Below are positions 62,462 to 64,000 of a DNA stretch of 64,000 nt, piece after piece. This DNA comes from Psammoneis japonica. Its lineage: Eukaryota. The notes beneath the pieces were generated by a model. That model had not been told where the DNA came from and made no database searches. It saw only the letters and a list, made by a program, of their open reading frames with translations. How positions within the stretch are numbered: the stretch's first letter is position 1; each line of letters opens with the position of its first letter. The stretch is from NCBI GenBank assembly GCA_008632985.1, contig QPGO01000023.1, positions 617,681-681,680 on the forward strand, in the 5' to 3' direction. Both the position numbers and the translations under genes were made by a program.

Positions 62462-63028
62462 AGAGGTAGCAGCTTGCTGCTCTTCTTCAGATGAAGTCCT
62501 CAATACTCTGAAAGTCCGGACACTTTGAATGCGATGGTAAGGCTCACGGGAAGCAAGGTTAAGGCTATGGCATGCTAAGCGAACCCATCATCGAATTCTC
62601 TGTACCCGGCAACAGCTACCAAATTATATGTTTTCTACATAACAAGTTACTCATTTTTGTTCACACACTACACCACATTAGCTATTTGATCGAGTAAAAG
62701 ATGAAGTAAACGATAGTTGGATTACAGATCTGTGAGGCTCTCTACTAGCTAGCTTGAGTGAGACCCTTCTTCATCGTCGAGATCCGAGATTGCTAAACGG
62801 GCTGAAGACGGCTGGCTGACGGACGTAGGCGCAAACCCCGCCCGCCCATCCATGATAGCCCATGATAGCCCATGATGACGACAACCGCGACGCAAACAGG
62901 CAGCGCATGAGAAGTGAGAAGTAACCTTAGTAAAACGGTGATACCGGTACTTTCCCTTTCTCTCGCAGCTCACGATTTCCCTATGGATACTGTTGTTATT
63001 GGAAGTTCATTCTGAAAGCTGAAAGAAG

Positions 63029-63760
63029 ATGAGCCAGAGCAGCGATGATGAATTTAGCAGTGGGAGCAGTGTCGACCCATCCACGCTCGTGATGGACTGG
63101 AGACCATCTACGGCGACCAATCTCGAACCCGCAAGTAAAGGGCAAAAGGAAGACAAAGAAGTTAACGTGACTCAAAGAGAAAATGAAAAAGAAACAATTG
63201 ATGAGCATGCCAACAAACAGGATCGATCAGAAATAATTGCTGAAGGGCATTGCTCAACTCATACAGAGGGGAAAGGTTCTAGCGCCGGCGCTAAGAATGA
63301 CTCCAATCACTTAGAAGAGGAGCCAGCAACAGCACGAGAAAACAATGAGATACGACTTATTTTTGGAAAGAGCATCCTTGATTGGCAGAAGGAATTAAAA
63401 GGAGAAGCTCGAAAACAAAAGTCAACGGAATGTATAACGCTAAGACATGGACACTATGAACCGCTACCAAGTGGCTCGAAACTAGTGGTCAAGTCGTCCA
63501 ACGCTTCCTTAGTTGTTGCTACGGAGCACGGTGTACAAGAATACAATGGCCAGAGAACTTCCTCGACGGGTGCCTGGTTAGACTGCATTGCTGTTTATGA
63601 TGAAACCCGAGAGGCATACGTCTTGTCCAAGGTTGACTGGTCCGCACACCTAAAGCTCGAGAAGACGAAGACTGGCGATACCGCCCAACATCCACGGAAA
63701 AGACACTCCGCCACCACAAACCCACATTCCAGTCGGAGTTCCAAGCGCCATTGTGCGTAG
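63029..63760 (+). CDS. ELL-associated factor (EAF)-like domain protein
   Basis: LIFGKS...TLR...YNG...DCIAVYDETREAYVLSKV resembles the EAF domain pattern. Confidence 0.5.
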   Translation: MSQSSDDEFSSGSSVDPSTLVMDWRPSTATNLEPASKGQKEDKEVNVTQRENEKETIDEHANKQDRSEIIAEGHCSTHTEGKGSSAGAKNDSNHLEEEPATARENNEIRLIFGKSILDWQKELKGEARKQKSTECITLRHGHYEPLPSGSKLVVKSSNASLVVATEHGVQEYNGQRTSSTGAWLDCIAVYDETREAYVLSKVDWSAHLKLEKTKTGDTAQHPRKRHSATTNPHSSRSSKRHCA

Positions 63761-63839
63761 TAGGGATACAAGCACCTTCAGGCCCACATTAGCATAACAT
63801 CTATGCTACTAAAGGAGATATTATATCCCTGGCCGCGGG

Positions 63840-64000
63840 TTAGACCAGACCTCGGCCGCTGCGGCCTCTACCCCCACCCCTTCCTCCTCGGCCGCCTCTG
63901 CCGCTTCGACCACGACCACTCGAGCTTGGGTGTGAACGGGGTCTGTCAGAGGACCCTTGACGCGATTTCGCAGCATTGTCACTTGAACTTGTTCCAAAAT
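63840..64000 (-). CDS. 3' end of a gene with an RGG-rich C-terminus (truncated by the window edge)
   Basis: Open frame ...SGRGRSGRGGRGGRGGGRGRSGRGLV*. Confidence 0.6.
   Translation of the reverse strand, partial: FGTSSSDNAAKSRQGSSDRPRSHPSSSGRGRSGRGGRGGRGGGRGRSGRGLV

Overview
Compact eukaryotic nuclear sequence, most likely a pennate diatom: short GT-AG introns, ASAFAP-type plastid presequences and diatom-type retroelement relics. It holds about 25 housekeeping or accessory genes, including Pol eta (partial), Rab11, TCD/ThiF, a ZIP transporter, a CHAT-STAND-2xMacro gene, YJU2B, three GT31 paralogs, KLHDC4, AspRS, an SDR, an F-box/RCC1 gene, a GST, a TALE homeobox gene, ZMAT2, three SYLF paralogs, REV3, Mpv17 and EAF. 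Several conserved genes carry single-base frameshifts that look like assembly errors. The most striking signal is two blocks (about 19.87-23.8 kb and 25.3-31.05 kb) between the GT31 paralogs. They are almost devoid of TpA and, in their cores, of CpG. Inside them a Penelope-like reverse transcriptase relic shows conserved Tyr/Ile codons converted by TAY->TGY and RTA->RCA. This suggests a sequence-context-specific A:T->G:C hypermutation process targeted at transposon DNA, separate from ordinary CpG decay. All identifications come from recalled motifs; no searches were run.
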